Source: an uncultured Candidatus Rokubacteria bacterium
GTDB taxonomy: Bacteria; Methylomirabilota; Methylomirabilia; Rokubacteriales; CSP1-6
Assembly: GCA_963747235.1 (NCBI GenBank)
Contig: CAVVEU010000024.1
Location: 576,001 to 640,000 of the forward strand
Reading direction: 5' to 3'
DNA: 64,000 nucleotides
The position numbers and the translations under genes are program-made. Below are positions 1 to 9,430 of this stretch, one piece after another (within the stretch, counting starts at the first letter, position 1; each line of letters begins with the position of its first letter). Below the pieces are notes generated by a model that did not search any database, was not told the origin of the DNA, and saw only the letters and a program-made list of their open reading frames with translations.

Positions 1-2
1 GC

Positions 3-260
3 TTCCGCGCGGTGCACGGGCTCGAGCTGGCTGCCGGCGGGCTGGCGGCGGAGGAGATGGAGCTGGCCGAGTCGCTGGTGCGCGAGAAGTACGGGACCGA
101 CCGCTGGACGCGATCCGGCCGCGCGATGACCGTGACCACCCCTCACCCTGCAGCCCCTCACCCTGCCCTCTCCCCGGAGGGGAGAGGGTCCGATGACGTT
201 CGCGCGCGAGTACCCGGATGCGCCGCGTGTGGGCGTGGGGGCGGTGATCCTGGACGGTGA
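3..260 (+). CDS. 3' end of a probable lipoate-protein ligase family protein (5' truncated by window; true stop uncertain)
   Basis: ELAESLVREKYGTDRW resembles the LplA/LipM C-terminal 'L..EKY...W' segment. The tail reads through a palindromic repeat. Confidence 0.4.
   Translation, partial: FRAVHGLELAAGGLAAEEMELAESLVREKYGTDRWTRSGRAMTVTTPHPAAPHPALSPEGRGSDDVRARVPGCAACGRGGGDPGR
139..189. repeat. REP-like palindromic element
   Basis: Perfect 10-bp stem CCCTCTCCCC(166-175)-GGA-GGGGAGAGGG(179-188), preceded by a duplicated CCCCTCACCCTGC (139-151, 154-166). Confidence 0.7.
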
Positions 261-666
261 CCGCGTGCTCCTGGTCAAGCGCGGGCAGCCGCCGTCCCAG
301 GGCAAGTGGAGCATTCCCGGCGGCCTCGTGCACCTGGGCGAGCGCATCGAGGACGCGGCGCGCCGCGAGGTGCTGGAGGAATGCGGGGTGAGCGTGCGCC
401 TGCTCGGGCTCTGCGGGGTGATCGACCGGGTGCGGCTCGCCCCCGAGAACGGATCGGAGCCGCCCCGCGTGCACTATCACTACGTGATCATCGACTACGT
501 CGCGGCGGTCGAGTCCGGGGTCCCGCGCGCGGGCAGCGACGCCGCCGAGGTGCGCTGGGTGCCGATCGCCGATCTCGGCCGCTACGACACCACCGACGGG
601 CTCGCGGACATGGTCCACCGCGCCGTGAGCCTCTGCCCGCCACAGACCCTGTCCCACGGAGGATGA
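193..666 (+). CDS. NUDIX hydrolase (ADP-ribose pyrophosphatase-like)
   Basis: Nudix box GGLVHLGERIEDAARREVLEECG. Confidence 0.9.
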   Translation: MTFAREYPDAPRVGVGAVILDGDRVLLVKRGQPPSQGKWSIPGGLVHLGERIEDAARREVLEECGVSVRLLGLCGVIDRVRLAPENGSEPPRVHYHYVIIDYVAAVESGVPRAGSDAAEVRWVPIADLGRYDTTDGLADMVHRAVSLCPPQTLSHGG

Positions 667-2177
667 CCGCAATGGAGCTGGCGCTGGAGACCCGGAGCCC
701 ATCGGAAGCGCGCGCGGACGTGCTGGTGCTGGGGCAGTACGGCGACGGCGCGCGGCCCGCGCCCGAGATCGTCGCGCTGGACCGGGCGCTCGGCGGCCTG
801 CTCTCGCGCGTGCAGAAGAGCGAGAAGTTCGAGGGCAAGCCGGGGCAGATCTCCTACTTCCACACCGCGGGCGTGATCCCCGCCGAGCGGGTCCTCGTGG
901 TGGGGCTGGGCCCGGTCAAGCGGGGCGCGCGGGCGCGCGACGCCGAGCCCATCCGCCGCGCCACCGCCGCGGCGGTGCGGCGCGCGCGCGACCTGGGCGC
1001 CGCTTCGATCGCCGTGTTCATGCCCGCCGCCGCGCTGCCCGCGCGCGAGCGGGCGCAGGCGGTCGCGGAGGGCGCGCTGCTCGGCACCTATCGCTTCGAC
1101 AAGTACCTGAAGGAGAAGAACGGCAAGGTGGTCCGCGCGCTCACCGTGCTCGAGCCCGACCGGCGCAGCGCGGCCGCCGCGCGCGACGGGGTGCGCCTCG
1201 GCCGCATCGCGGCGGAGGCCACCTGCCTGGCGCGCGACCTGGTCAACGAGCCGGCCAACGTGGTGACGCCCACCTTCCTGGCGCGGCGCGCGGCCGAGAT
1301 CGCCGAGGAGGGCGGGCTCGCCCTGCGCGTCCTGGACCGGGCCGAGTGCGCCACGATGGGCATGGGCGCCTACGTGGGCGTGGCGCAGGGCAGCGAGGAG
1401 GCGCCCAAGTTCATCCACCTGACCTACACCCCGAAGGGCCGGGCGCGCCGCCGCGTGGTGGTGATCGGCAAGGGCATCACCTTCGACTCGGGCGGGCTCG
1501 ATCTCAAGACCGCCGACGGCATGCTGCGGATGAAGGACGACATGGCGGGCGCCGCGTCGGTGCTGGGCATCTTCCAGGCCCTGCCGCGGCTCAAGCCCCC
1601 GGTCGAGGTGCATGGGCTGATCGCGGCCACCGAGAACATGCCCTCCGGCACCGCGCAGCGCCCGGGCGACATCGTGCGGGCGATGAACGGGCTCACCATC
1701 GAGATCGGCAATACCGACGCGGAGGGCCGGCTCACCCTGGCCGACGCCCTCGCCTACGCGGTCGAGCACATCAAGCCGGACGAGATGATCGACATGGCGA
1801 CCTTGACCGGCGCGGTGGTCATCGCGCTGGGCCAGGGCGTGTCCGGGATGATGGCCAGCGACGACGGCCTCGCCTCGCGGGTCCTGGCCGCCGCCGACGG
1901 GGCGGGGGAGCGGATGTGGCGGCTGCCGCTCCACGACGAGTACAAGGACGGGCTCAAGAGCGACGTGGCCGACCTCAACAACATCTCGAGCCAGCGCGGA
2001 GCCGGGGCCATCGTGGCCGGCCTCTTCATGCGCGAGTTCACCGCGGGCGTGCCGTGGGCGCATCTCGACATCGCGGGCACCGCCTTCACCGAGCGGGAGC
2101 TGCCGCTCGGGCCCAAGGGCGCCACCGGCGTGGGCGTGCGGACGCTGCTCACCTATCTCGCGAACGGATCGCGCTAG
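663..2177 (+). CDS. pepA: Leucyl aminopeptidase (M17)
   Basis: GKGITFDSGG, MKDDMAG, NTDAEGRL and WAHLDIAG motifs. ATGA overlap with the NUDIX stop; alternative start at 672. Confidence 0.95.
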   Translation: MTAMELALETRSPSEARADVLVLGQYGDGARPAPEIVALDRALGGLLSRVQKSEKFEGKPGQISYFHTAGVIPAERVLVVGLGPVKRGARARDAEPIRRATAAAVRRARDLGAASIAVFMPAAALPARERAQAVAEGALLGTYRFDKYLKEKNGKVVRALTVLEPDRRSAAAARDGVRLGRIAAEATCLARDLVNEPANVVTPTFLARRAAEIAEEGGLALRVLDRAECATMGMGAYVGVAQGSEEAPKFIHLTYTPKGRARRRVVVIGKGITFDSGGLDLKTADGMLRMKDDMAGAASVLGIFQALPRLKPPVEVHGLIAATENMPSGTAQRPGDIVRAMNGLTIEIGNTDAEGRLTLADALAYAVEHIKPDEMIDMATLTGAVVIALGQGVSGMMASDDGLASRVLAAADGAGERMWRLPLHDEYKDGLKSDVADLNNISSQRGAGAIVAGLFMREFTAGVPWAHLDIAGTAFTERELPLGPKGATGVGVRTLLTYLANGSR

Positions 2178-2192
2178 GCGCCGCGGGACCCG

Positions 2193-3038
2193 ATGGCGGG
2201 CGGCGTCGACCTCCACACGCACACGATCGCCTCCGACGGCACGCTCCGGCCGCGCGAGCTGGTGGCCGAGGCGGCCCGGCGCGGGGTGCGCGTGCTCGCG
2301 ATCACCGATCACGACTCCACCGAGGGCCTCGCCGAGGCGATCGAGGAGGCGCGGCTCCACCCGCCGCTCGTCATCGTGCCCGGCATCGAGATCAACTGCG
2401 ACGTCGAGGGCGCCGAGATCCACATCCTGGGCTACTGCATGGACTACGAAGCGGCGTGGTTCCAGGACTTCTGCCGCGCCCAGCGCGAAGAGCGCCGGGC
2501 GCGCGTGCACCGGATGGCCGAGCGGCTCGCCGAGCTCGGCATGCCGATCGACCCCGAGCGCGTGTTCGCCCTGGTGCAGGAGGGCTCGGCGGGGCGCCCG
2601 CACGTGGCCCGCGTGATGGTCGAGCGCGGCTACGTCAAGACGGTGCGCGAGGCTTTCGACAAGTACCTGGCCGCGGGCAAGCCCGCGCACGTCCAGCGCA
2701 AGAAGCTCACGCCCGAGGACGCGGTGCGGCTGCTGCGCCGGGCCGGCGGCGTGCCCGTGTTCGCCCACCCGGGGTTGTCGGATCGGGACGCGTTGATCCC
2801 GTCCCTGGTCGCGGCCGGGCTCATGGGCATCGAGTGCTTCTACAGCGAGCACACCCCCGCCCAGCGCGGCAGCTATGTCGAGCTCTGCCGCCGGCACGGC
2901 CTGCTCGCGACCGGCGGCTCCGATTTCCACGGCCCGCCGGTGCGCGCCGCGGTCCTGGGCAACCCGACCGTGCCCCTGGCGGTCTGGGAGGCCCTGCAGG
3001 TGAAGGCGGCGGAGGCGCGGGCGAGCCGCCCCGCCTGA
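2193..3038 (+). CDS. PHP-domain phosphoesterase (TrpH/YciV-like)
   Basis: DLHTHT, ITDHD, FAHPG and TGGSDFHG motifs. Confidence 0.9.
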   Translation: MAGGVDLHTHTIASDGTLRPRELVAEAARRGVRVLAITDHDSTEGLAEAIEEARLHPPLVIVPGIEINCDVEGAEIHILGYCMDYEAAWFQDFCRAQREERRARVHRMAERLAELGMPIDPERVFALVQEGSAGRPHVARVMVERGYVKTVREAFDKYLAAGKPAHVQRKKLTPEDAVRLLRRAGGVPVFAHPGLSDRDALIPSLVAAGLMGIECFYSEHTPAQRGSYVELCRRHGLLATGGSDFHGPPVRAAVLGNPTVPLAVWEALQVKAAEARASRPA

Positions 3039-3045
3039 CCCCGGC

Positions 3046-3071
3046 TGTCGATTCCGGGGGTCGTCGGCGTC
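3046..3071 (+). promoter_or_regulatory. ECF42-type promoter (-35 TGTCGA, -10 CGTC)
   Basis: TGTCGA(3046-3051)-16 nt-CGTC(3068-3071) directly upstream of the DGPF gene, next to an ECF42-type sigma. Confidence 0.65.
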
Positions 3072-3135
3072 GTATAGATGAGGGCCGCTTCGACGGCCCG
3101 ACATCCACGATAGGGCACGAGAGGGAGGCATACCG

Positions 3136-3481
3136 ATGCGCTACCTGTTGCTCATCTGCTCCGACAAGAACCAGCCCGCTCCGTCCCCGGCCGAGATGGA
3201 CGCCATGGTGCAGGGACACGGCCGCTTCGCCCAGGAGCTGCACGCGGCCGGCAAGATGGTCCACGGCGAGCGCCTGCGCCCCGACACCGACGGCAGCCGC
3301 GTCCGCTTCAAGGCCGGGCAGCGCCAGATCATGGACGGGCCCTTCGCCGAGACGAAGGAGGCCCTGGGCGGCTTCTACCTGATCGAGTGCGACACGCAAG
3401 CAGGAAGCCCTGGAGTGGGCGAAGAAGGTCCCGCTCGGCGAGGGCGGCTTCATCGACGTGCGGCCGGTCTGGGCGATGTAA
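3136..3481 (+). CDS. YciI/DGPF family protein (frameshift near 3400)
   Basis: MRYLLLI...DGPFAETKEALGGFYLIEC, continuing in another frame as EALEWAKKVP...IDVRPVWAM*. GGAGG RBS. Confidence 0.85.
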
Positions 3482-3563
3482 GGGCGGGAGCCTCCGCCGC
3501 CGCGCCGCGGGCCCGGCGGTCGCGCCCCCAGCATGATCGCCGGATGGCGTACCATGCCAGGTC

Positions 3564-4850
3564 GTGGAGCCGTCGACGGACGAGAGCGTGCGCGCGCGCC
3601 TGGCCGAGGTGTTCCGGCTCGAGTACGCGCGGGTGGTCGCCTCGGTGCTGCGGATCGTGCGCGACATCGACGCGGCGCAGGAGGTGGTCCAGGAGGCCTT
3701 CGAGCAGGCGCTCGATCACTGGCCCGCGGACGGCATCCCGGATCGTCCGGGCGCGTGGCTGCTCACCACGGCGCGCCGCCGGGCGCTCGATCATCTGCGG
3801 CGCGTCCGCCGGGCCGGCGCGCGCGTGGACGCCCTCGCCCACGAGGCGCTCGGCGCGGCGCACCCGGCGCCTGACGTGCCCAGCTTCGAGACGCCCGACG
3901 AGATCCCCGACGATCGGCTCCGGCTGATCTTCACCTGCTGCCATCCCGCGCTCCCCGCCGACAGCCGCGTCGCGCTCACGCTGCGGCTGGTCGGCGGTCT
4001 CTCGACGACGGAGATCGCGCGCGCGTTCCTGGTGCCCGAGCCGACGATCGCCCAGCGCCTGGTGCGCGCGAAGCGGACGATCCGCGACGGCGGCTTCCCG
4101 TACGAGGTGCCGGAAGGGGTCGAGCTCGCGTCGCGGCTGTCGGCCGTGCTCGCGGTGCTGTACCTGATCTTCAACGAGGGCTACGCGGCCCATTCGGGCG
4201 ACGACCTCGTGCGGCACGATCTCTGCGAGGAGGCGATCCGTCTCGGCCGCGTGCTCGCCGAGCTGATGCCGCGCGAGCCCGAGGTGCTGGGCTTGCTGGC
4301 CCTGATGGAGCTCCAGACCTCCCGCGCGGCGGCGCGCACCGACGCCGACGGCAATCTGGTGCTGCTCGAGGATCAGGACCGGCTGCCGCTGGGACCGGGC
4401 GCCGGATCGCGCGGGGCCTCGCCTGTCTCGAGCGCGCCGGGCCGTCGGCGCGCGCGGGGGCCTATCAGCTCCAGGCCGCCATCGCCGCCTGTCACGCGCA
4501 GGCCGCCATCGTGGGAGGCGACGGACTGGCCGCGCATCGTGGGCCACTACCGGGCGCTCGCGGCGCTCGCCCCGTCGCCCGGTCGTCGACCTGAACCTGG
4601 CGGTGGCGATCGGTCTGGCCGACGGGCCCGCGGCGGGCCTGGCGGCGCTCGATCGGATCGACGACCTGGCGCTGCGCGCCTATCATCTGCTGCCCGCCGC
4701 GCGCGCCGAGTTCCTCCGCCGCCTCGGCCGCGCCCCGGAGGCCGCCGTCGAGTACCGGCGCGCGCTCCGCCTCGTGGACAACCCGCGCGAGCAGGTGTTC
4801 CTGGCGCGCGGCTGGCGGCCTGCGAGCCGGGGGGTGGCTCGGGCGCGTAG
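3564..4850 (+). CDS. ECF sigma factor with C-terminal TPR extension (ECF42-type); several frameshifts 4380-4810
   Basis: Region 2 (AQEVVQEAF, PGAWLLTTARRRALD), DDRLRLIFTCCHPAL, region 4 HTH and LYLIFNEGY. Confidence 0.85.
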   Translation: MEPSTDESVRARLAEVFRLEYARVVASVLRIVRDIDAAQEVVQEAFEQALDHWPADGIPDRPGAWLLTTARRRALDHLRRVRRAGARVDALAHEALGAAHPAPDVPSFETPDEIPDDRLRLIFTCCHPALPADSRVALTLRLVGGLSTTEIARAFLVPEPTIAQRLVRAKRTIRDGGFPYEVPEGVELASRLSAVLAVLYLIFNEGYAAHSGDDLVRHDLCEEAIRLGRVLAELMPREPEVLGLLALMELQTSRAAARTDADGNLVLLEDQDRLPLGPGAGSRGASPVSSAPGRRRARGPISSRPPSPPVTRRPPSWEATDWPRIVGHYRALAALAPSPGRRPEPGGGDRSGRRARGGPGGARSDRRPGAARLSSAARRARRVPPPPRPRPGGRRRVPARAPPRGQPARAGVPGARLAACEPGGGSGA

Positions 4851-5693
4851 CTACCGCGCGTGGTTCGGGAACATCCGCTCGAAGATCTCGGGATCGGTGC
4901 GCGAGCGGAAGAAGGCCAGCTGGCGCTCGGAGTAGTCGGCGCCCGACCGGAACACGATGGCGGCGGTGGCCAGCAGGGTGCCGTCGGCCGCGAGCAGGGC
5001 CGAGCGGGTGCGCCAGAACGTGCGCCGCCGGTCCACCGGCGTCACGTCGGCGAAGCGGCCCACCGCGGTGACCGGGCCCGGCGCGATCGCCTCGGGGCGC
5101 AGCAGGGTCAGGGCGATGCGATTGGTGAGGCCGCCTTCCTTCGTGACCAGGGCGCCGAGCCACCACGCGATCTCGTCGAGCACTACCGCGGCCAGCGCGG
5201 GCGCGAGGCGATCGCCGGGCCGCCGCCAGGGCTCGCGGGGCAGGAAGCGGGCCCAGACGCCGTCGGCGTCGAAGCGCAGGCCGAGCTGCAGCCCGAGCGG
5301 GTTGTGCGCGCCGCAGGCCAGGCACTGATCGGACAGCGGCATCGGCCAGCCCTCGCGCCCGCTCGCCCGCCAGCCGGGATCGGGCGCGGGGTCCTCGATG
5401 TCGCCATGACCGATCGTGGCCGACGTGAGCGGCTGCGTCCCGTCGAGAATGGTGACGGTGGCGACGCCGCCGTCGACGTGGCCTTCGAGCGCGAGCGGCG
5501 TGTCGAGCGGCACCGACGAGGTGAGGCGGCCTTCGACGAGGCGCGGCCGGCCGTCCGGCCCCAGCGCGGCGGACGCCCCATCCAGCAGCGCGACCAGCCC
5601 GCCGCCGTGCACGATCCCGGGCCAGCTCTGCAGCACGGGCGGCGCGAGGAAGCGCCCGCGGCCGTCGGCCTCGAGCGTCGCGGCGGCGGCCAT
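4851..5693 (-). CDS. Double hot-dog fold thioesterase-like protein (PaaI-like)
   Basis: SWPGIVHGGGLVALLD in the first domain; CLACGAHNPLGL...LDE in the second. Confidence 0.7.
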   Translation of the reverse strand: MAAAATLEADGRGRFLAPPVLQSWPGIVHGGGLVALLDGASAALGPDGRPRLVEGRLTSSVPLDTPLALEGHVDGGVATVTILDGTQPLTSATIGHGDIEDPAPDPGWRASGREGWPMPLSDQCLACGAHNPLGLQLGLRFDADGVWARFLPREPWRRPGDRLAPALAAVVLDEIAWWLGALVTKEGGLTNRIALTLLRPEAIAPGPVTAVGRFADVTPVDRRRTFWRTRSALLAADGTLLATAAIVFRSGADYSERQLAFFRSRTDPEIFERMFPNHAR

Positions 5694-5795
5694 GACGTCG
5701 CCGACCGCCGGGCCCGCCGGACGCCGCGTGCTATACTCGCGAGGATTCATGCCGCCGGCCATTCTACTGTCGCCGTCGCTCCCGCCGCAACGCGT

Positions 5796-7013
5796 GTGAC
5801 CAGCTCGACCCTCGAGCTCCTGAGCCATGGCCCGTTCGCGCGGATCATGCTCACGAACTTCTTCTTCTTCGGGGCGCTGAACACCTTCCTGCTCCTGCCG
5901 CTGTATATCCAGAGGCTGGGCGGCGACGAGGCGGATATCGGGCTCGTGCAGGGCCTCTACAGCGCGGCCGGCATCGTCTGCCAGCCGGTGGTGGGCGCCC
6001 TCATCGACTACCTGGGCCGCCGCTTCTTCATGCGGCTCGGCGCCGTGCTGCTCGTGGTGTCCTGCGCGCTCTTCGTGGTGGCGAGCCCGCTGCCCCTGCT
6101 CGGCGTGCTGCGCATCCTGCAGGGCGTGGCCTTCTCCGCCTTCTTCGTCGCCAACTACATCCACGTGGTGGAGATGGTGCCCGCGGAGCGGCGCGGGTGG
6201 GCGCTCGGCATCTTCGGCCTCTCGGGCCTCGTCTCCACCTCGCTGGCCCCGCTCTTCGGCGAGTTCATGATCCGCCGCTTCGGCTTTCCCACGTTCTTCA
6301 TGGCCTCCACCGTGATCGCGGCGGTGGCCACCGCGATGTGCTGGCGGGTGCGGGACGTGCGGCCGGCCGCGCTGGGCGCCCGCCCGGGCCTGCACGTCAT
6401 CCGGGAAGGGCTGCTCGAGCTGCGGCACATGCACATGGCGATCGGGCTGTTCTTCGGGCTCGGCACCGGGACCATCTTCACGTTCCTGCCGACCTTCGGC
6501 GAGGACCTGGGCATCACGAGCGTCGGCCTCTTCTACACCGCGTACGCGGCGGCGGCGATGCTGGTGCGGGTGGTGGGCGGCAACCTGATCGACGTGCGCG
6601 GCCGGCGCGCGGTGATCATCCCGTGCATGTTCGTGCAGTCCGCCGCGACCTGCATCATCGCGCTGGTCGCGATCCTGTTCGCGCCCGCGCTCCGGCTGCC
6701 GGTGCTGCCGTTCATCTTCCTGGCCGGCTTCCTGGCTGGCGCGGCCCACGGCTTCCTCTACCCGGCCATGTCGGCCCTGCTGATGGACGTGACGCCCGAG
6801 CGTCGCCGCGGCAGCGCGGTGGGCATCTTCAGCTCGGTGATCCTCGTCGGGAACTCGTTCGGGGCGATCGCCTTCGGCTACGTCGCGCACGGGCTCGGGT
6901 ACGCGGTGATGTGGAGCGCGCTCACCGTGCTGCTGATCGTCGGCTCGTTCCTGAGCGTCCGGCTGCGCGTGGGCTACGCGAGGCCGGTGACGGCGCCCGC
7001 GCCCGCGTCCTGA
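5796..7013 (+). CDS. MFS transporter
   Basis: About 12 hydrophobic segments; motif A-like GALIDYLGRR and GNLIDVRGRR. Alternative start at 5847. Confidence 0.9.
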   Translation: MTSSTLELLSHGPFARIMLTNFFFFGALNTFLLLPLYIQRLGGDEADIGLVQGLYSAAGIVCQPVVGALIDYLGRRFFMRLGAVLLVVSCALFVVASPLPLLGVLRILQGVAFSAFFVANYIHVVEMVPAERRGWALGIFGLSGLVSTSLAPLFGEFMIRRFGFPTFFMASTVIAAVATAMCWRVRDVRPAALGARPGLHVIREGLLELRHMHMAIGLFFGLGTGTIFTFLPTFGEDLGITSVGLFYTAYAAAAMLVRVVGGNLIDVRGRRAVIIPCMFVQSAATCIIALVAILFAPALRLPVLPFIFLAGFLAGAAHGFLYPAMSALLMDVTPERRRGSAVGIFSSVILVGNSFGAIAFGYVAHGLGYAVMWSALTVLLIVGSFLSVRLRVGYARPVTAPAPAS

Positions 7014-7103
7014 TCCGCCGCGCGCGCGGGCCGCGCGGTTGACTTGCCCCGGAGGCGAGCCGATACTGAGTCGCACGCCGTCGCGTGGGAGGCCCCGTCG
7101 ATC

Positions 7104-7637
7104 ATGGTGAGACGCACTCGATATCGCCGCCTGGCGCCGGTGCTCGCGCTGGGCGTTCTCCTCGTGGGCGCCCGCAATCCGGGGGAGACGCCCGCGCCGC
7201 CCGCCGCCACCCCGCAGGAAGTCACGGTGATCGGCGTGTTCAGCGATCAGCGCGGCCAGCACGGCGTGATGCTCGAGGGCAAGCGCGACAAGCGGCGGGT
7301 CCTGATGGTGATCGGGGCCGCCGAGGCCACCGCCATCGCGGTGCCGCTCGAGAACATCACGCCGCCGCGCCCGCTCACCCACGATCTCTTCCTCACCCTG
7401 TTCGGGCGGCTCAAGGTGCAGGTCACGAAGGTGGTGATCACCGACCTGCGCAACAACACCTACTACGCGACGGTGTTCCTGACCTCGAGCGGTACGGCGA
7501 TGGAGCTCGACTCGCGTCCCTCCGACGCCATCGCGCTGGCCATCCGCGCCAGGGTGCCCGTCTTCGCGGAGGAGCGCGTGTTCGAGAAGTCCGATCGGCC
7601 GCCGGGCAGCCCGGGCGGGCCGGGGGAGCGGATCTAG
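7104..7637 (+). CDS. Bifunctional nuclease family protein (DUF151) with N-terminal hydrophobic segment
   Basis: IGAAEATAIA, PPRPLTHDL and LDSRPSDAIALA motifs. Confidence 0.85.
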   Translation: MVRRTRYRRLAPVLALGVLLVGARNPGETPAPPAATPQEVTVIGVFSDQRGQHGVMLEGKRDKRRVLMVIGAAEATAIAVPLENITPPRPLTHDLFLTLFGRLKVQVTKVVITDLRNNTYYATVFLTSSGTAMELDSRPSDAIALAIRARVPVFAEERVFEKSDRPPGSPGGPGERI

Positions 7638-7641
7638 CCCC

Positions 7642-8631
7642 GTGGCGAGCGAGACGCCCCGCGCGGGCGCGCCGGCCCTGCCGCCGCACACGCCCCCTCA
7701 GAACGTCGAGGGGCAGCAGTGGGCGATCGAGCGCCGCCTGGGCGAGATCTTCGGCAAGCTCGGCGAGAAGCTCGCCGAGCTCACCGGGCGCGTCGAGGTG
7801 CAGGTCAAGCCGGAGACCTCGTTCGCCGACATCGGCGGCCTCGCCGAGGCCAAGGGCATCGTGCGGAGCTTCGTGACCGCGCTGACCGATCCCGAGCTGT
7901 ATCGCAAGTGGGGCATCGCCCCGCCCAAGGGCATGCTGATCTACGGGCCGCCGGGCACCGGCAAGACGCTGCTGGCGCGCGCGCTCGCCACCGAGGCGGG
8001 GGCCGTCTTCTACCACCTGAAGCTCGGCACGCTCACCGCCAAGTTCGGGCCCAATACCGGCGAGCTGCTGCAGGAGATCCTGGGCCTGGCGCGCGAGCAG
8101 GGCCGGGCGGTGGTGTTCCTCGATCAGGCCGACGCGCTCGCGCTCGAGCATCTCCTGCCGCCGGCCCAGGCCCGCGAGGCGGGCGCCCGCATCGTGGCCG
8201 CGCTCTGCGAAAAGCTCGATACCCTGGAAGCTTTCTCTCGGATCGTCGTGGTGGCGGCCACCAGCCGCACCGACGTGGTGGATCCCTCCCTGGTGGCCCC
8301 GGGCCGGCTCGATCGGCTGGTCGAGGTGCCGCTGCCGGACGCGGTCGCGCAGCAGCAGATCCTCGAGCTGACGCGGACGCGCGCCGAGCAGGCCGCCGAT
8401 CGGCGGCTCGTGGGCGATCTCGACTACCGCTCCCTGCTGCCGCCGATGGGCGGCATGAGCGGGGGCGAGCTCCGCGATCTGCTGCGCCGCGCGCTCGAGG
8501 AGAAGGTCCACGCGGCCGGGCAAGGCCAGGACGCGGGACTCGTCACCACCCAGGACCTGCTGCGCCAGGTGGACGTGTACCGGCGCATCCGGGCCGTCGT
8601 CGAGAAGATCCGCTACGGGCAGTACCTCTAG
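7642..8631 (+). CDS. Single-domain AAA+ protein (ARC/PAN/Cdc48 clade) with degenerate Walker B and C-terminal GQYL
   Basis: FADIGGL, PPKGMLIYGPPGTGKT (Walker A), VVFLDQAD, PGRLDR; ends ...RYGQYL*. Confidence 0.85.
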   Translation: MASETPRAGAPALPPHTPPQNVEGQQWAIERRLGEIFGKLGEKLAELTGRVEVQVKPETSFADIGGLAEAKGIVRSFVTALTDPELYRKWGIAPPKGMLIYGPPGTGKTLLARALATEAGAVFYHLKLGTLTAKFGPNTGELLQEILGLAREQGRAVVFLDQADALALEHLLPPAQAREAGARIVAALCEKLDTLEAFSRIVVVAATSRTDVVDPSLVAPGRLDRLVEVPLPDAVAQQQILELTRTRAEQAADRRLVGDLDYRSLLPPMGGMSGGELRDLLRRALEEKVHAAGQGQDAGLVTTQDLLRQVDVYRRIRAVVEKIRYGQYL

Positions 8632-8649
8632 CCCGAGCGAGGAGGCATC

Positions 8650-9396
8650 ATGCGCACACGTCGAGGAGTGAGGCACTGGTCCGGCTGGCTGGCCGTCGCG
8701 GCGGTCCTGTTCGTGCTGACGGGACCGGCCGGCGCGCAGTGGGACAAGCTGCTGAAGGGGCTGGGCGGCGGGGAGGGGAGCGCGGGCGCGGGGCTGTCGG
8801 ACGCCAAGATCGGCGCGGGGCTCAAGGAGGCGCTCCAGGTGGCCACCGAGAAGACGGTGAGCCTCACCGGAAAGACCGACGGCTACTTCTCCAACCAGGC
8901 CATCAAGATCCTGATGCCGGAGAAGCTGCGGAATTTCGAGAGCGGGCTGCGCGCGGTGGGCTTCGGTGGGCAGGTCGACGAGCTGGTGCTCGGCATGAAC
9001 CGCGCCGCGGAGCGCGCCGCGCCGCAGGCCAAGCAGATCTTCTTCGACGCCATCGGCGCGATGAGCTTCGACGACGCCCGCAAGCTCCTGAACGGCGGGG
9101 ACACCGCGGCCACCGAGTACTTTCGCGGCAAGACCACGCCGCGGCTGACCACCGCGTTCCGGCCGGCGGTCGAGCAGTCCATGAATCAGGTCGGCGTGAG
9201 CCGGCAGTACAAGGATCTGGTCGGGCGCTTCGAGTCGATCCCGTTCGCCAAGTCCCAGGCCTTCGACCTGGACGGCTACGTCGTGGACCAAGGGCTGGGC
9301 GGGCTCTTCACGGTGCTGGCGGAGCAGGAGAAGCAGATCCGCACCAACCCGACCGCCCGCGCCACCGATCTCCTGAAGGAAGTCTTCAAGCGCTAG
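8650..9396 (+). CDS. DUF4197 domain secreted protein
   Basis: Signal peptide; GLKEAL, MNRAAE and EEK-like [19 protein letters not shown] signature. Confidence 0.85.
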   Translation: MRTRRGVRHWSGWLAVAAVLFVLTGPAGAQWDKLLKGLGGGEGSAGAGLSDAKIGAGLKEALQVATEKTVSLTGKTDGYFSNQAIKILMPEKLRNFESGLRAVGFGGQVDELVLGMNRAAERAAPQAKQIFFDAIGAMSFDDARKLLNGGDTAATEYFRGKTTPRLTTAFRPAVEQSMNQVGVSRQYKDLVGRFESIPFAKSQAFDLDGYVVDQGLGGLFTVLAEQEKQIRTNPTARATDLLKEVFKR

Positions 9397-9430
9397 CGCG
9401 GCTCGCGGGTGGTACCATGGCGCCGCATCG

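Noticed and set aside
582-3131. Long antisense and alternate-frame ORFs (e.g. 582-3131, 7438-9444, 44847-47507, 46078-48798)
   Set aside because: These are shadow ORFs expected at high GC. They are Arg/Ala/Gly/Pro-rich, lack motifs and overlap well-supported genes.
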